Source: Microbacteriaceae bacterium (lineage in GTDB: Bacteria; Actinomycetota; Actinomycetes; Actinomycetales; Microbacteriaceae). From it: a stretch of 64,000 nucleotides of DNA. Numbering within the stretch: position 1 is the first letter of the stretch; each line of letters opens with the position of its first letter. The stretch is from contig JBILBA010000005.1 in the NCBI GenBank assembly GCA_044353905.1, positions 2,699 through 66,698 of the forward strand, given 5' to 3'. Shown one piece after another: positions 46,681 through 56,590 of the stretch. The notes under the pieces were generated by a model. That model saw only the letters and a list, made by a program, of their open reading frames with translations, was not told where the DNA came from and ran no database searches. Position numbers and translations under genes: made by a program.

Positions 46681-49515
46681 TTAGCGCGAGAGTTCGTACG
46701 CCTTCTGCAAAGCGGACTGCAGTTTCTTGTCCGCTTCGGCCGCGGCGACCAGGTCGTTCGCCTTGTACGCCGCCGCGCGGTCGAGAAGCGCTTGGCGTGC
46801 TTCTTCCAGTGCGGCTTGAAGTTGCGGCGACACGTTCTCGTTCGGAGTGCTTGGTTCCGTCGGTGTTCCCGGGGTTTCCGGATCGACACCGGCGTTTCCA
46901 CCGAAGAGCGTATCGAGCGCGGCGGGAAGAGTGTCTTCGAAAGCGATGGAGTCACCGAACGACACCAGGATCTTTCGGAGCAACGGATACGAGGTCTCAC
47001 CCGTCGAACGCACATAAACCGGCTGAACATAGAGGAGTCCGCCACCGACCGGAAGTGTCAAGAGGTTTCCGGGGACAACCTCGGTCTGTCCTTGACGCAG
47101 CAGGTTGAGTTGCTGGCTCACGGTCGCGTCCGAGTCGAACTGTGCCTGAACCTGACCCGGTCCCGGGATTGTGGTCTGTTTGGGCAGCGTCAACAGCGTC
47201 AACTTCCCGTAGTCCGGACCAGCATCAGAGTTCGCCGACAAGTAGCCGTAGAGGACGTTTCGCGAGTTCTCGCCCGTCGCCTGTGGAATGAACGTCGAGT
47301 ACAACGAGAACGCTGGCTTTTCGGCCCCCGGCATCTGCATCGTCAAGTAGTACGGAGGCTGAAGCGTGGGGTTTTCGGGAGTCGACACCGGATCGTTCGG
47401 CGTGACCCACGTGTCTTCAGACGAGTAGAACGTTCCGGGGTCCGTCACGTGATACGAGCCCAAAACCGCGCGCTGAACCTTGAACAGGTCCGACGGGTAA
47501 CGAATGTGCGCGAGCAGGTCCGCGCTCATTTCACTCGAAGGCTTCAGTGTCTCGGGGAAAATCCGTGCCCAGGTCGTCAAAACCGGATCGGTCTCGTCCC
47601 ACGCATAAATCGTGACCGTACCGTCATAAGCATCAACGGTCGCCTTGACCGAGTTGCGCATGTAGTTGGCAGGGCCGCTCGGAACGGTCGACCCCAAGGT
47701 GTACGTGTCGAGAATTGCGGACGCAATGTTCACCGACGTCGAGTAGGGGTAGTTGTTGCTCGTCGTGTACCCATCGACAATCCAGGTGATTCGTCCGTCC
47801 ACGACCGCGGGGTACGGGTCGTTGTCAAGAGTCAGATACGGCGCGACCTTGTTGACGCGAACCAACGGGTTGCGGTCGTACAAGATTTGCGAGTCATCGG
47901 AAATGGCGTCCGACAGCAAAAACTGTTCGGATTGGAAGTGCATGGCGTAAATCAACCGCGTGAAGATGTTGTCCAACTTCGGACCGCCGTCACCTTCGAA
48001 GGTGTACTTCGCGTTTCCGGCTTCGGATTCAGAGGACGCCGACGGGTAGTCGAGTTCCAATGGTCCGTCCGCGCCCTTTGCGCCGACGATGGAATAGGGC
48101 GGCGAAGACTCACCGAAATAAATTCGGGGTTCGTACGTGCCAAGCGCTCCGGAAACGGGAATGCCTGATTCGAGGAATGTCGGCTGTCCGTCGGCGTTGC
48201 GTTCGTTTCCGAAGGCGGCAACTATTCCGTAACCGTGGGTATAGACGATGTGGTCGTTGTACCAGGAGGTCGACGATTGTCCGCTCAGGTCGAGTTCGCG
48301 AAGAGCCAGAACCGTGTCCTGCATCGTGCCATCAATCAAGTATCGATCGACGTCGAGGTGCTCGGGGAACTTGTAGTACTGACGGAATTGTTCGAGCTGC
48401 GCAAAAGCGTCGGACACGAGCCCAGGGTCAATAATGCGGATGTGCGCGGTCGTTTCAGCATCGGCGCGGAGAGCACCCGGCTCTGCCGTGGTCGTTGCGT
48501 CATAGACAACTTCGTTGACCTTGTCCAAACCGAAGCCTGCCCGTGTTCCATCAATGTTTCGCTGAATGTACTGGGCTTCCAGGGTTCGCGCGCTGGGGTC
48601 AACCTGGAATCGCTGAACGATCCAGGGGTAGGCACCGCCGATGACGATAGAGGCGACGACGAGCATCGAGCCACCGATGATGGGGAGGCGCCAACGACCA
48701 ATGAACGCGGTGACGAGGAAGAACACGGCGACGAGAACCGCGATACCCGCGAGAATCTGGTTCCCGGGGATTGTTGCGGTGGCCTCGGTGAACCCGGCGC
48801 CGGCGGCGAGGAAGCCCTCGGACGGCGAAACCAAGGTCACGTACTGGTTGATCCAGAGGTTCGCGGCCTGAACGAGCACATAGAGCGCACCGAGGATCGC
48901 GATTTGTGCGCGGAACGGCTTCGAGATGATGACCTCACGGTTCGCCGAAATGCGGACACCGCCATAGAGGAAACCAGCAGCGGCACCCGCGAGAAGGGAA
49001 ACCAGCAGCACCCCTTCGACCTGGCCGACAACGAACTGGTACATCGGAAGGTCGTAGACGTAGAACGAGACATCGAGTCCGAACTGCGGGTCGGTCGTGC
49101 CAAACGGAGTCTTGTTGAGCCACTGCACCACGATGGGCCAGTTGCTTGCCGCTCCAACACCAGCAAACACACCAACGGCGAACGGTCCGAGGTGCATGAC
49201 GAGCTTACGAATCGGCTCGATTGCGGTGCGATAGCGTTCCGCACCTTCCGAGAGGCGAACCGTCAGCGGGCGGGTGCGGTAGGCAATGTTGAGGGTCAAC
49301 CACAGCGGCACGGACATGAGAACGAACGCCACGACGCCAATCGTTCCCAGTGCAATCCATTGCGTAAACAAAACAGAAGAGAATCCGGCTTGGTCATACC
49401 AGAGCACATCGACCCATACGCCGGCGAAGGTGACGAATGCGGCGACAAGAGCCAGAACCACGCTGACGGTAACAATGAGAGGGGAACGCTGTCGAAGCGA
49501 ATTGGGAACGGTCAC
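46681..49515 (-). CDS. UPF0182 family large membrane protein (Rv3193c-like)
   Basis: 944 aa. About 7 N-terminal TM helices, then a large extracytoplasmic domain. Synteny with the downstream PDZ-Lon-like gene. Confidence 0.8.
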   Translation of the reverse strand: MTVPNSLRQRSPLIVTVSVVLALVAAFVTFAGVWVDVLWYDQAGFSSVLFTQWIALGTIGVVAFVLMSVPLWLTLNIAYRTRPLTVRLSEGAERYRTAIEPIRKLVMHLGPFAVGVFAGVGAASNWPIVVQWLNKTPFGTTDPQFGLDVSFYVYDLPMYQFVVGQVEGVLLVSLLAGAAAGFLYGGVRISANREVIISKPFRAQIAILGALYVLVQAANLWINQYVTLVSPSEGFLAAGAGFTEATATIPGNQILAGIAVLVAVFFLVTAFIGRWRLPIIGGSMLVVASIVIGGAYPWIVQRFQVDPSARTLEAQYIQRNIDGTRAGFGLDKVNEVVYDATTTAEPGALRADAETTAHIRIIDPGLVSDAFAQLEQFRQYYKFPEHLDVDRYLIDGTMQDTVLALRELDLSGQSSTSWYNDHIVYTHGYGIVAAFGNERNADGQPTFLESGIPVSGALGTYEPRIYFGESSPPYSIVGAKGADGPLELDYPSASSESEAGNAKYTFEGDGGPKLDNIFTRLIYAMHFQSEQFLLSDAISDDSQILYDRNPLVRVNKVAPYLTLDNDPYPAVVDGRITWIVDGYTTSNNYPYSTSVNIASAILDTYTLGSTVPSGPANYMRNSVKATVDAYDGTVTIYAWDETDPVLTTWARIFPETLKPSSEMSADLLAHIRYPSDLFKVQRAVLGSYHVTDPGTFYSSEDTWVTPNDPVSTPENPTLQPPYYLTMQMPGAEKPAFSLYSTFIPQATGENSRNVLYGYLSANSDAGPDYGKLTLLTLPKQTTIPGPGQVQAQFDSDATVSQQLNLLRQGQTEVVPGNLLTLPVGGGLLYVQPVYVRSTGETSYPLLRKILVSFGDSIAFEDTLPAALDTLFGGNAGVDPETPGTPTEPSTPNENVSPQLQAALEEARQALLDRAAAYKANDLVAAAEADKKLQSALQKAYELSR

Positions 49516-49564
49516 GGCATGAACTCCTTATGTTGTTAAAAGTGTACCCGCGACGGCCGAAACG

Positions 49565-50686
49565 CTAATCGGCAGCGCAATGGGGAAGTACAGACGTGCC
49601 CGATTGGGTCGAAATCGCCTTCAGTGCAGCCAGCGCGTCATTGAGAGTCGACACCGAGACGTCGCGAAGCCCGTCGGGAACGCGCCCAGCGAGCGCGGCG
49701 CAGTTTTCGGCCGGAACCAGCAGCCAGGTTGCTCCGGAATTGCGAGCGCCATAAGCCTTTTGGACGATTCCCCCGATTGGTCCGACCAAACCGTCTGCCG
49801 AGATTTCCCCCGTACCGGCCACGTTCTCTCCGCCGTTGAGCGACCCCGGCGTGATGGTGTCGATGATTCCCAGTGCGAACATCATGCCAGCGCTCGATCC
49901 GCCGACGTCGGCGAGCGAGATGTCCACGTCAAACGGGAAGCGATACGTTCCGCCGCACAGGATTCCGATCACCGGAGTCGTGCCGTCGTGTTCGGAGGCC
50001 ACGATGCCGACCGTCAACGGCACGGTTGCTCCGTCGCGCTCGACCACAAGTTCGATGGAATTGCCGATTCCCGCGGTCTTGATGATGGCGCGGAGGTCAG
50101 AAACGTTGTGGATGGGGATTCCGTCAGCCGACACCACGATGTCACCGGGTTCGACCAGTTTTTCGGCCGGATAGCCGGGTGTCGCTTCGGCCACCACGAT
50201 TTCGGATTCGAAAGGGATCCCCTGGCTCGTCAGCGCGGCCGCAATCGCTTCCTGTTGTGAATTGTCCATCTGGATCTTGGCGGCGTTCACCGAATCGGTT
50301 CGCGTTGTTCCCGCCGGGTACAGAGACTCCATCGGCAAGACCGCGTAATCGGGTCGAAGCCAGGCGGCCGCGACCTCGAACCAGCTCGGGTGAGAATCGG
50401 GTGAGCCCGTGACATAAACGGTGAGCATCGAGAGTTCGCCATCAGTCGCGTAGGTCTCGGTCCCGGACACCGAGATCATGGGGGTTTCCTTGCCGTCGGC
50501 GTCCTCGGTGGATCCCAGCGTGTTGTAGACCGGACCCGGCGTTTCGATGACGTACGGCGCCGGAACCACGGCGAGGCCGATCGTTCCAACAACACTCAGT
50601 GCGAGCAGAGTCATACCCCACGTCGCGCGACTCGGACGCGATCGTCGCGGAGCGGGTTCAGTCAAGGATTCAGTCACGTATTCCAC
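49565..50686 (-). CDS. PDZ domain plus Lon-like (S16) protease domain protein (Rv3194c/YlbL-like)
   Basis: 373 aa. One TM, a PDZ domain (GDIVVSADGIPI) and a C-terminal Lon-protease-like domain (SAGMMFALGIID...GTGEI..DG.VGPIGG). Confidence 0.75.
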   Translation of the reverse strand: MEYVTESLTEPAPRRSRPSRATWGMTLLALSVVGTIGLAVVPAPYVIETPGPVYNTLGSTEDADGKETPMISVSGTETYATDGELSMLTVYVTGSPDSHPSWFEVAAAWLRPDYAVLPMESLYPAGTTRTDSVNAAKIQMDNSQQEAIAAALTSQGIPFESEIVVAEATPGYPAEKLVEPGDIVVSADGIPIHNVSDLRAIIKTAGIGNSIELVVERDGATVPLTVGIVASEHDGTTPVIGILCGGTYRFPFDVDISLADVGGSSAGMMFALGIIDTITPGSLNGGENVAGTGEISADGLVGPIGGIVQKAYGARNSGATWLLVPAENCAALAGRVPDGLRDVSVSTLNDALAALKAISTQSGTSVLPHCAAD

Positions 50687-50721
50687 ACTATGTCACGTGG
50701 CGAGCAGGTACGGTTGTTGAC

Positions 50722-52053
50722 ATGGCTGAAGACAGCTCTGACGAGTTTCAGGAGATGCTGCGCAAGTTCCTCGAGAGCGGCGAGCACTTCGATATCACCG
50801 AACTCGCTAAGGCGGCCGGGCTTCCTGGTGACGCTGCCACCATCGAAAAGATGTTGATGCAGTTGCAAGAAGCGCTATCCCACGGAAACGAGGGCATCAC
50901 CGAACAGATGGTTCGGGACACCGCGACGAAGGTGGCAAATCAACAAGCTGTAACCGTTGACGCAACGACCGTTGCGGCCGCCGAGAACGCGCTCCACTTG
51001 GCGTCCTTGTGGTTGGACGAGGCGACCTCGATTTCCCCACTCACCGTGAGTCCGTCAACGATGACCCGTGGTGAATGGGCGCGGGCAACCATTCCGGTGT
51101 GGATTCAAATCTCTGAGCCTGTCGCGAAGTCGATTTCGACCGCGGGCGAGCGCGCGTTGGGCGACAACATCCCCGAGGGCGAGTCCGCGACGGCGGCCGG
51201 CGCATTTGCCGCACTGCGACGTCTCGGCGGCACACTGTTTTCGTTGCAGCTCGGCCAAATCATCGGCCAGTTGTCCGGTGAAGTTCTCTCGGGCGGCGAC
51301 ATCGGAATTCCGCTTCTCGACGGCGTCCTCGAACATGAGTTGCGTGCGGTCCTGGTTCCGCAGAACGTCTCGGCTTTCGCCGAAGGGCTCGACATCCCGC
51401 TGGACGACGTGTTGCTCTACCTCGCAATCCGCGAGATTGCCCATGCACGACTGTTCAAGCACTCGAAGTGGCTCAAGTTGGGGCTCGTCGCCAGCATCAC
51501 CGATTACGCGAACGGGATTTCCATCAACGCCGAGAGCATGCGCGAGGCGATGAGTGATATCGATTTGTCGGACGCGGAAGCACTCCGCCGGCTCGTCAGC
51601 GACGGGTCGTTGATTCCGCCCAAAACAGAAGAACAGATTGTCGCACTGGGCCGAATCGAGACCCTGCTTGCGCTGATCGAAGGGTGGGTCGATGTCGTCG
51701 CCGACAACGCCGCCCATCGACTGCCGAGTCGAAATGCGATTGCGGAAATGGTTCGACGAAATCGCGCTGTCGGTAGGCCCGGCGAAAAAGCGCTCGCGGG
51801 TCTCATCGGAATCGATGCTCGCCCACGCCGGTTGCGTGAAGCCGCCGCGATGTGGCGTGCTCTTGATGCAGCCGTCCCGCCGGAACAGCGCGACAGCGTG
51901 TGGAGCCACCCCGACATCATGCCCACCAGTGACGACATTGACGACCCCGCTGCTCTGATTTCTCGACTGTCGGCGAAGGTCGTAACGCCCGACGCCATGG
52001 ACGACGCAATCCGTCGGTTGATCGACGAAGACGGGACTGTGGACGGCGACTGA
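50722..52053 (+). CDS. zinc-dependent metalloprotease-like hydrolase (Rv3195 family)
   Basis: Trimmed to ATG 50722. 443 aa. Synteny with Rv3193c-Rv3195. The region LAIREIAHARLF lies at the expected metal-site helix. Confidence 0.6.
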   Translation: MAEDSSDEFQEMLRKFLESGEHFDITELAKAAGLPGDAATIEKMLMQLQEALSHGNEGITEQMVRDTATKVANQQAVTVDATTVAAAENALHLASLWLDEATSISPLTVSPSTMTRGEWARATIPVWIQISEPVAKSISTAGERALGDNIPEGESATAAGAFAALRRLGGTLFSLQLGQIIGQLSGEVLSGGDIGIPLLDGVLEHELRAVLVPQNVSAFAEGLDIPLDDVLLYLAIREIAHARLFKHSKWLKLGLVASITDYANGISINAESMREAMSDIDLSDAEALRRLVSDGSLIPPKTEEQIVALGRIETLLALIEGWVDVVADNAAHRLPSRNAIAEMVRRNRAVGRPGEKALAGLIGIDARPRRLREAAAMWRALDAAVPPEQRDSVWSHPDIMPTSDDIDDPAALISRLSAKVVTPDAMDDAIRRLIDEDGTVDGD

Positions 52054-52064
52054 CACCGTGAGGC

Positions 52065-52853
52065 GTGGTGTGGGAGCATGCCACGGTGTTCATCCGCATC
52101 GACCCTTCGATACCTGTCGTGTGGCGCGATTCCGAAACCGTGCAGTTCGGGCTTGACCCCGAGTACGCGCGTATGGGTTCGCTTGATTTGACCAGCGCGA
52201 GAGGAATCGCAGAGTTGGTTCGGGGAACGAGTGTGGCCCGGCTCGCGTCGATTGTGGGTGGTGAAAACGCGGCTCGGGCCCTCATTGATTCGTGCGGCGA
52301 CGTTTTCCATCGAACACCTCGAGCGTCCTTGCCGCGGCTCGCCGTCGTAGGAGTCGCACCAGCCACTGACACCATCGCCCGCACCTGGGCGGGGTCGACA
52401 CGATCGACGGTTGTCGCGGGGTCCAGTTCAGACCTCTCAGCTGTCGACGTTGATTTCGTCGTGCTCGTCAGTCACTTCGTCGTTTCCCCAATCGACGTCC
52501 AACCCTGGCTCGGTCGGGACATCCCGCACTGTGCAATCGTCTTCGGTGAATCGAGCGTTCGCGTCGGACCCGTCGTGATTCCCGGCGAGACCGCGTGCAT
52601 TCGCTGTGTCGAGCTGGCACACATCGACGACGATCCGGCGTGGTCCGCTGTCGCCCCGCAAATGTGGCGGCGGACGGCCGCGGCCGATTCCGTCGATCTC
52701 GCGATTCACGCGGCTGCGGAATCGTTGGGCATGTACCCGATGGGTGGCGGGTATTCAGTTCGTGTCGACGGCGTGACGTTCAATCGCGCGGTGTCGCCGC
52801 ACGCCCTGCATCCGCAATGCGGTTGTCGCGCTATTCCAGATGTTCCGGAATGA
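52065..52853 (+). CDS. hypothetical protein, degenerate ThiF/E1-like fold with CxxC...CxC
   Basis: 262 aa. Cys motifs CIRC and CGC, with a Rossmann-like stretch RLAVVGVAPA that lacks a clean GxGxxG. The call is tentative. Confidence 0.4.
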   Translation: MVWEHATVFIRIDPSIPVVWRDSETVQFGLDPEYARMGSLDLTSARGIAELVRGTSVARLASIVGGENAARALIDSCGDVFHRTPRASLPRLAVVGVAPATDTIARTWAGSTRSTVVAGSSSDLSAVDVDFVVLVSHFVVSPIDVQPWLGRDIPHCAIVFGESSVRVGPVVIPGETACIRCVELAHIDDDPAWSAVAPQMWRRTAAADSVDLAIHAAAESLGMYPMGGGYSVRVDGVTFNRAVSPHALHPQCGCRAIPDVPE

Positions 52854-54489
52854 ACCGACTGCGCGTGCGCACCGCGCTGGACGCCTTCTGGCGTTCCGCC
52901 CAACTCAGTGTGAGTGATCGTCCCGCCCGAGTGAACGCAACATAGGCGAGTCGACGTTCTTCCTGCATCGGGCCATCACCCATCGCGTAGGACAGTGGGA
53001 ACAAGCCGTCGCTCATGCCAACAACAAAAACGGTGTCCCACTCCAAACCTTTCGCGTTGTGGGTCGTCGACAGCGTCACCGCCGACACGGCCGGTTCCAT
53101 CTCGTTGTCGCCCCGGTGCTTCAAATCCGCGGCGAGATCAATCACGGTGGCGTCGGCCGGAAGATTCTCGGCAATCTGCGCGAGCGCCGACATGATGTTC
53201 CACGCGTGCCGGTCGATGGGGTTTGCCGGCGGCTTGGACAACCATCCCAGATGTTCGCGCAAGATGAGCGCCATTGTGTCCCGTGCGTTCGCGGCGGGAT
53301 CGGTTTGTAGTCGCCCCCGAACCAAGACGAGTGCCTGGGTGACGACGGGTTCATCGAAGAACCGCCCTCCGCGGACTCGAAACGGGATTCGCATCTCGCC
53401 CAAAACGTGCTCTAACACGAGGGACTGAACGTTGATGCGATAGAGCACCGCGATATCCGCCGGGTCAGTGCCACCGTCGATTGCAGCGCGGATGGCCGTT
53501 CCGATCGAGCGCGCTTCGTCCTCATCCGTCGCCGACACAAGGACGCGAGGCGCTGGACCAGATTCCCGCATCGACACGAGTTCCAACGGCGAATTCGGAA
53601 CCGTCGAGTTCGCCAGCCTGACGATTTCGGGAGTTGACCGATAGTTCCGATCCAGTTCGACCGTCGTCGCGCCGGGGAACTCCGATTCGAACCGCAGAAG
53701 GTGCTCGTCCGACGCCCCAGCAAACCCGAACACCGTCTGGTTTGGGTCGCCCACGACACAGACTTCCGAGTGGTCGCCCCGCCAGGCATCCAGCAGTGCA
53801 CGTTGAACGGGCGAGACGTCCTGGTACTCGTCGATGACGAAAAAGCGGAACTGCTCGCGGACGCGATCGGCGACCCACTTTTCCGAGTTCAACATTCCGA
53901 GTGTCGCGATAAGCGTGTCCTCGAAGTCGAGATTGCACTGATCGTCCTTGAGCGCTTCATATTTCTGGACGAGCGCGAGCGTCGCGTCCGCCGACAGTCC
54001 CCCGGGGAGTGGTCGTTCGGGTAACACCGTCTCGTAATGGTCCATTGACAGAAGCCGCACTTTCCGCCACTCGATCTCGGCCGCGATACCTCGCAACAGT
54101 TCGTCGGTCGCCCGAATATTCAGTTGTGCTGCTGCGCGCTTGAGCGTCGCCGCTTTGGAATGAAGAACCTTCGGCAAATCTCCGCCGATGAGGTCCGGCC
54201 AGAAGTGCGCCAGTTGACGCATTGCCGCGGAGTGGAATGTGCGGCACGCAACACCCTCGACACCGAGTTCGCTGAGCCGACTTCGCATTTCACCCGCCGC
54301 TTTGACGGTGAACGACAGTGCGAGAACTTTTTCTGCACTATAGACGCCGGTTTCGACGCCGTATGCGATGCGATGAGTGATGGCTCGAGTTTTTCCGGAG
54401 CCAGCGCCCGCAAGGACCCGGACCGGACCGACGAGCGCGAGCGCGACCTTCCGTTGGTTTTCGTCGAGAGATTCAATGAGTGCGCTCAT
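52831..54489 (-). CDS. UvrD/PcrA-type superfamily 1 DNA helicase (UvrD2-position)
   Basis: Trimmed to ATG 54487-54489 (GAGAGGA RBS). Motif I AGAGSGKTR, motif II VIDEYQDVS, and NYRS, VTLSTTHNAKGLEWD and VAFTRAG. The protein ends right after motif VI. Confidence 0.8.
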   Translation of the reverse strand: MSALIESLDENQRKVALALVGPVRVLAGAGSGKTRAITHRIAYGVETGVYSAEKVLALSFTVKAAGEMRSRLSELGVEGVACRTFHSAAMRQLAHFWPDLIGGDLPKVLHSKAATLKRAAAQLNIRATDELLRGIAAEIEWRKVRLLSMDHYETVLPERPLPGGLSADATLALVQKYEALKDDQCNLDFEDTLIATLGMLNSEKWVADRVREQFRFFVIDEYQDVSPVQRALLDAWRGDHSEVCVVGDPNQTVFGFAGASDEHLLRFESEFPGATTVELDRNYRSTPEIVRLANSTVPNSPLELVSMRESGPAPRVLVSATDEDEARSIGTAIRAAIDGGTDPADIAVLYRINVQSLVLEHVLGEMRIPFRVRGGRFFDEPVVTQALVLVRGRLQTDPAANARDTMALILREHLGWLSKPPANPIDRHAWNIMSALAQIAENLPADATVIDLAADLKHRGDNEMEPAVSAVTLSTTHNAKGLEWDTVFVVGMSDGLFPLSYAMGDGPMQEERRLAYVAFTRAGRSLTLSWAERQKASSAVRTRSRFIPEHLE

Positions 54490-54546
54490 CGTGTTCCTCT
54501 CGCGTGGCAAACCTGAACGGACGCGGGTTCGGCTTAAAGTACCGAT

Positions 54547-55554
54547 ATGGCATTGTCCCCCATCATGCTAACCGCGTGGGCGGTTGCAGAGATCCCGTCT
54601 CTCGAAATCGACGGCTATCGGGACTCCTCGACCGCCGAGTTTGATCGCGTGACGTGCCGAACCGCGGACGATCGCGTGATCTCGATTTCATCACCCCTCA
54701 CCGCACCCGCCGCGGACCTGCAGAACGCAGAACACCGTGTCGGACAACTTCTCGGAGCGGGAGTGCGTGAGCGGTTGCCATTCGGAGTCCCCCACACTCT
54801 CGCCGCGGGCACCCATGACTCGAGACGGATTGTCGTTACCGAAGAGACGAGCGGGACGCCGCTATCGAGCCTGAAAGACGCACGTGTCGCGATTCCCTCG
54901 CTTGCCTCGGCAATCGCGGCAATCCACAGCCTTCCCGCGTCGATTGTCACGCGGAACATCATCCCCGCCACGACCTCACTGGACAGCCTGCGTGACGCTG
55001 CCGGCATCATCGACCGAGCGCACCAAACGACCAAGGTTCCTAGCGCTCTCCTCGATCGCTGGGATGCAGCAATCGAGGATGCCGGCATGTGGCAGTTCAC
55101 ACCCACCATCACGCATGGAAACCTGGATTTCGATGCAGTCCTCGTTGACGGAGCAACAGTGTCAGGGGTCATTAATTGGGCTGGCGCTCGAGTGGCCGAC
55201 CCCGCCGACGACCTGTGGCGGGTGTTCGCTCGGTTCAGCGCAGATGACGCAGCGGAATTCATGAGCATTTATGCAGCCGAACGACCGACCAACGACAGGC
55301 GCCTCGCACATCGTGCGCGTTTCGCCTCGGAACTTGATGTCGCACGCTGGCTCATTCACGGTACCGATTCGAACGATGATGGGATTGTCGCCGACGCGGT
55401 CGTCATGTTGAACGACCTCCTCACCGCGGTGACGGACAATTCCGCGACTGATCTCGGTGCACCGCCGAAATCACCAACCACGCTGGTTTTCGGCGAAAGC
55501 CCCGCGCCAACGGCAGCCGTGCAACCCGAAGAACCGACGACCGATGGATTATGA
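54547..55554 (+). CDS. phosphotransferase enzyme family (APH/choline-kinase-like) protein
   Basis: 335 aa. Catalytic loop ITHGNLDFDAVLV and VINWAGARVADPADDL. The last ~8 codons are encoded by antisense of a tRNA-like fragment. Confidence 0.7.
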   Translation: MALSPIMLTAWAVAEIPSLEIDGYRDSSTAEFDRVTCRTADDRVISISSPLTAPAADLQNAEHRVGQLLGAGVRERLPFGVPHTLAAGTHDSRRIVVTEETSGTPLSSLKDARVAIPSLASAIAAIHSLPASIVTRNIIPATTSLDSLRDAAGIIDRAHQTTKVPSALLDRWDAAIEDAGMWQFTPTITHGNLDFDAVLVDGATVSGVINWAGARVADPADDLWRVFARFSADDAAEFMSIYAAERPTNDRRLAHRARFASELDVARWLIHGTDSNDDGIVADAVVMLNDLLTAVTDNSATDLGAPPKSPTTLVFGESPAPTAAVQPEEPTTDGL

Positions 55555-55587
55555 GTCCGATGCTCTGACCAACTGAGCTACCGCCCG
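55531..55587 (-). pseudogene. truncated tRNA-Met-like fragment (5' part: acceptor strand, D-arm, CAT anticodon loop, start of T-arm)
   Basis: Minus strand: CGGGCGGTAGCTCAGTTGGTCAGAGCATCGGACTCATAATCCATCGGTCGTCGGTTC. It then diverges, with no T-loop or acceptor 3' strand. The anticodon stem is imperfect (TCGGA/TCCAT). Confidence 0.7.
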
Positions 55588-55780
55588 TTTTGGTCGATGG
55601 GGCCAAGGTGTTGTGGGTTGTTTGGTTGGCCGATGATGATGGCTGGATCAATGTGTTTGGCTTTAGCAAGCTTTCTACTTGCTGATTCCAAGTCGGTTAC
55701 TTTGCCCATAATGACTTCAGATTAACTTAAGGCCAGGTCTGGCGCCGTGCTGGATCACTTAGTGCTGGCAACAGTTGAAA

Positions 55781-56473
55781 CTATTTTGGAAAACTATGGA
55801 AAGCCGCGTAAGCAACTGCGGATACATATCCACCAACAATTAACCAAAGCCCAATACCGCTATTGAATTGCTTAGCTGGCGTTCTGCGAGCTAATTGATA
55901 AACGTTAAAGCTCAAATGCGGCGCGAAAACTAACCAGGCAAGCCCCATCAATATCGGGCTTGCCCCAAGGGCAGAAACACTAAACACCGGGATGGTGATT
56001 ACCAAAACTAGCCAACTCAATGCCACGTACCAGTCATAAGTTGTCTTTGGTCGCAACTTCCATGGCGCTCCATAAGTCTTGGCGGCAACACCGGAATGAA
56101 ATGCGATCCAGATAAACGAGGACACAAAGAAGACTCGAGGCACGATGTCAAGAGCTAGCAAGCCACCTGGTTGACCGTGTTCCATGTGATATGCGTAGTG
56201 AATCCAAATGTAGCCAAAAGCCATTGGCCAAGCGATGATTCTGTTTAGGTTTAATAGCGCTCCCCAGCGCCCTTTGATTCCGGTTCCCAGCAAAAACCCC
56301 AAGAACATTGCGGAGGCAACGCCTCCAAGTACCACGGCTTCAGTTAAGTTCTTGTGAGAGTGGATGGGCTCACCAAGTGAGTATGCCCAAGCGCCAGAAG
56401 CAATTGTGAGAATCACCAAGCTGTAGGTGAGGAGCGTGTTTTTACTGATTGAAGACTTAACCCGAGAAGTCAT
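55781..56473 (-). CDS. hypothetical polytopic membrane protein encoded in a low-GC segment
   Basis: 230 aa with 6-7 hydrophobic helices. AT-rich codon usage unlike the rest of the window. TAGAAT box 10-15 nt upstream of the ATG. No family recognised. Confidence 0.55.
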   Translation of the reverse strand: MTSRVKSSISKNTLLTYSLVILTIASGAWAYSLGEPIHSHKNLTEAVVLGGVASAMFLGFLLGTGIKGRWGALLNLNRIIAWPMAFGYIWIHYAYHMEHGQPGGLLALDIVPRVFFVSSFIWIAFHSGVAAKTYGAPWKLRPKTTYDWYVALSWLVLVITIPVFSVSALGASPILMGLAWLVFAPHLSFNVYQLARRTPAKQFNSGIGLWLIVGGYVSAVAYAAFHSFPK

Positions 56474-56590
56474 AAGTAGATTCTACCTTAAGTGGTTTTT
56501 CATATTTAGCGGGCTGGGTTGGTGCGAAGGTGATTTGGGAAAAGGTACTTGGGTTTGTTGAGACCTTAGGTACTTAATCCGGAAGAAGGA

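Noticed and set aside
46597-49539. Long plus-strand ORFs (46597..48168, 523 aa; 48235..49539, 434 aa) antisense to the UPF0182 gene
   Set aside because: They are Arg/Gly/Val-rich with low-complexity composition, typical of antisense frames in high-GC DNA. The minus-strand 944-aa ORF has a coherent membrane-protein architecture and conserved synteny.
55633-55725. 30-codon plus-strand ORF (MMMAGSMCLALASFLLADSK...) in the AT-rich spacer
   Set aside because: It has no RBS and no clear lipobox or signal-peptide geometry, and it is too short to support from sequence alone.
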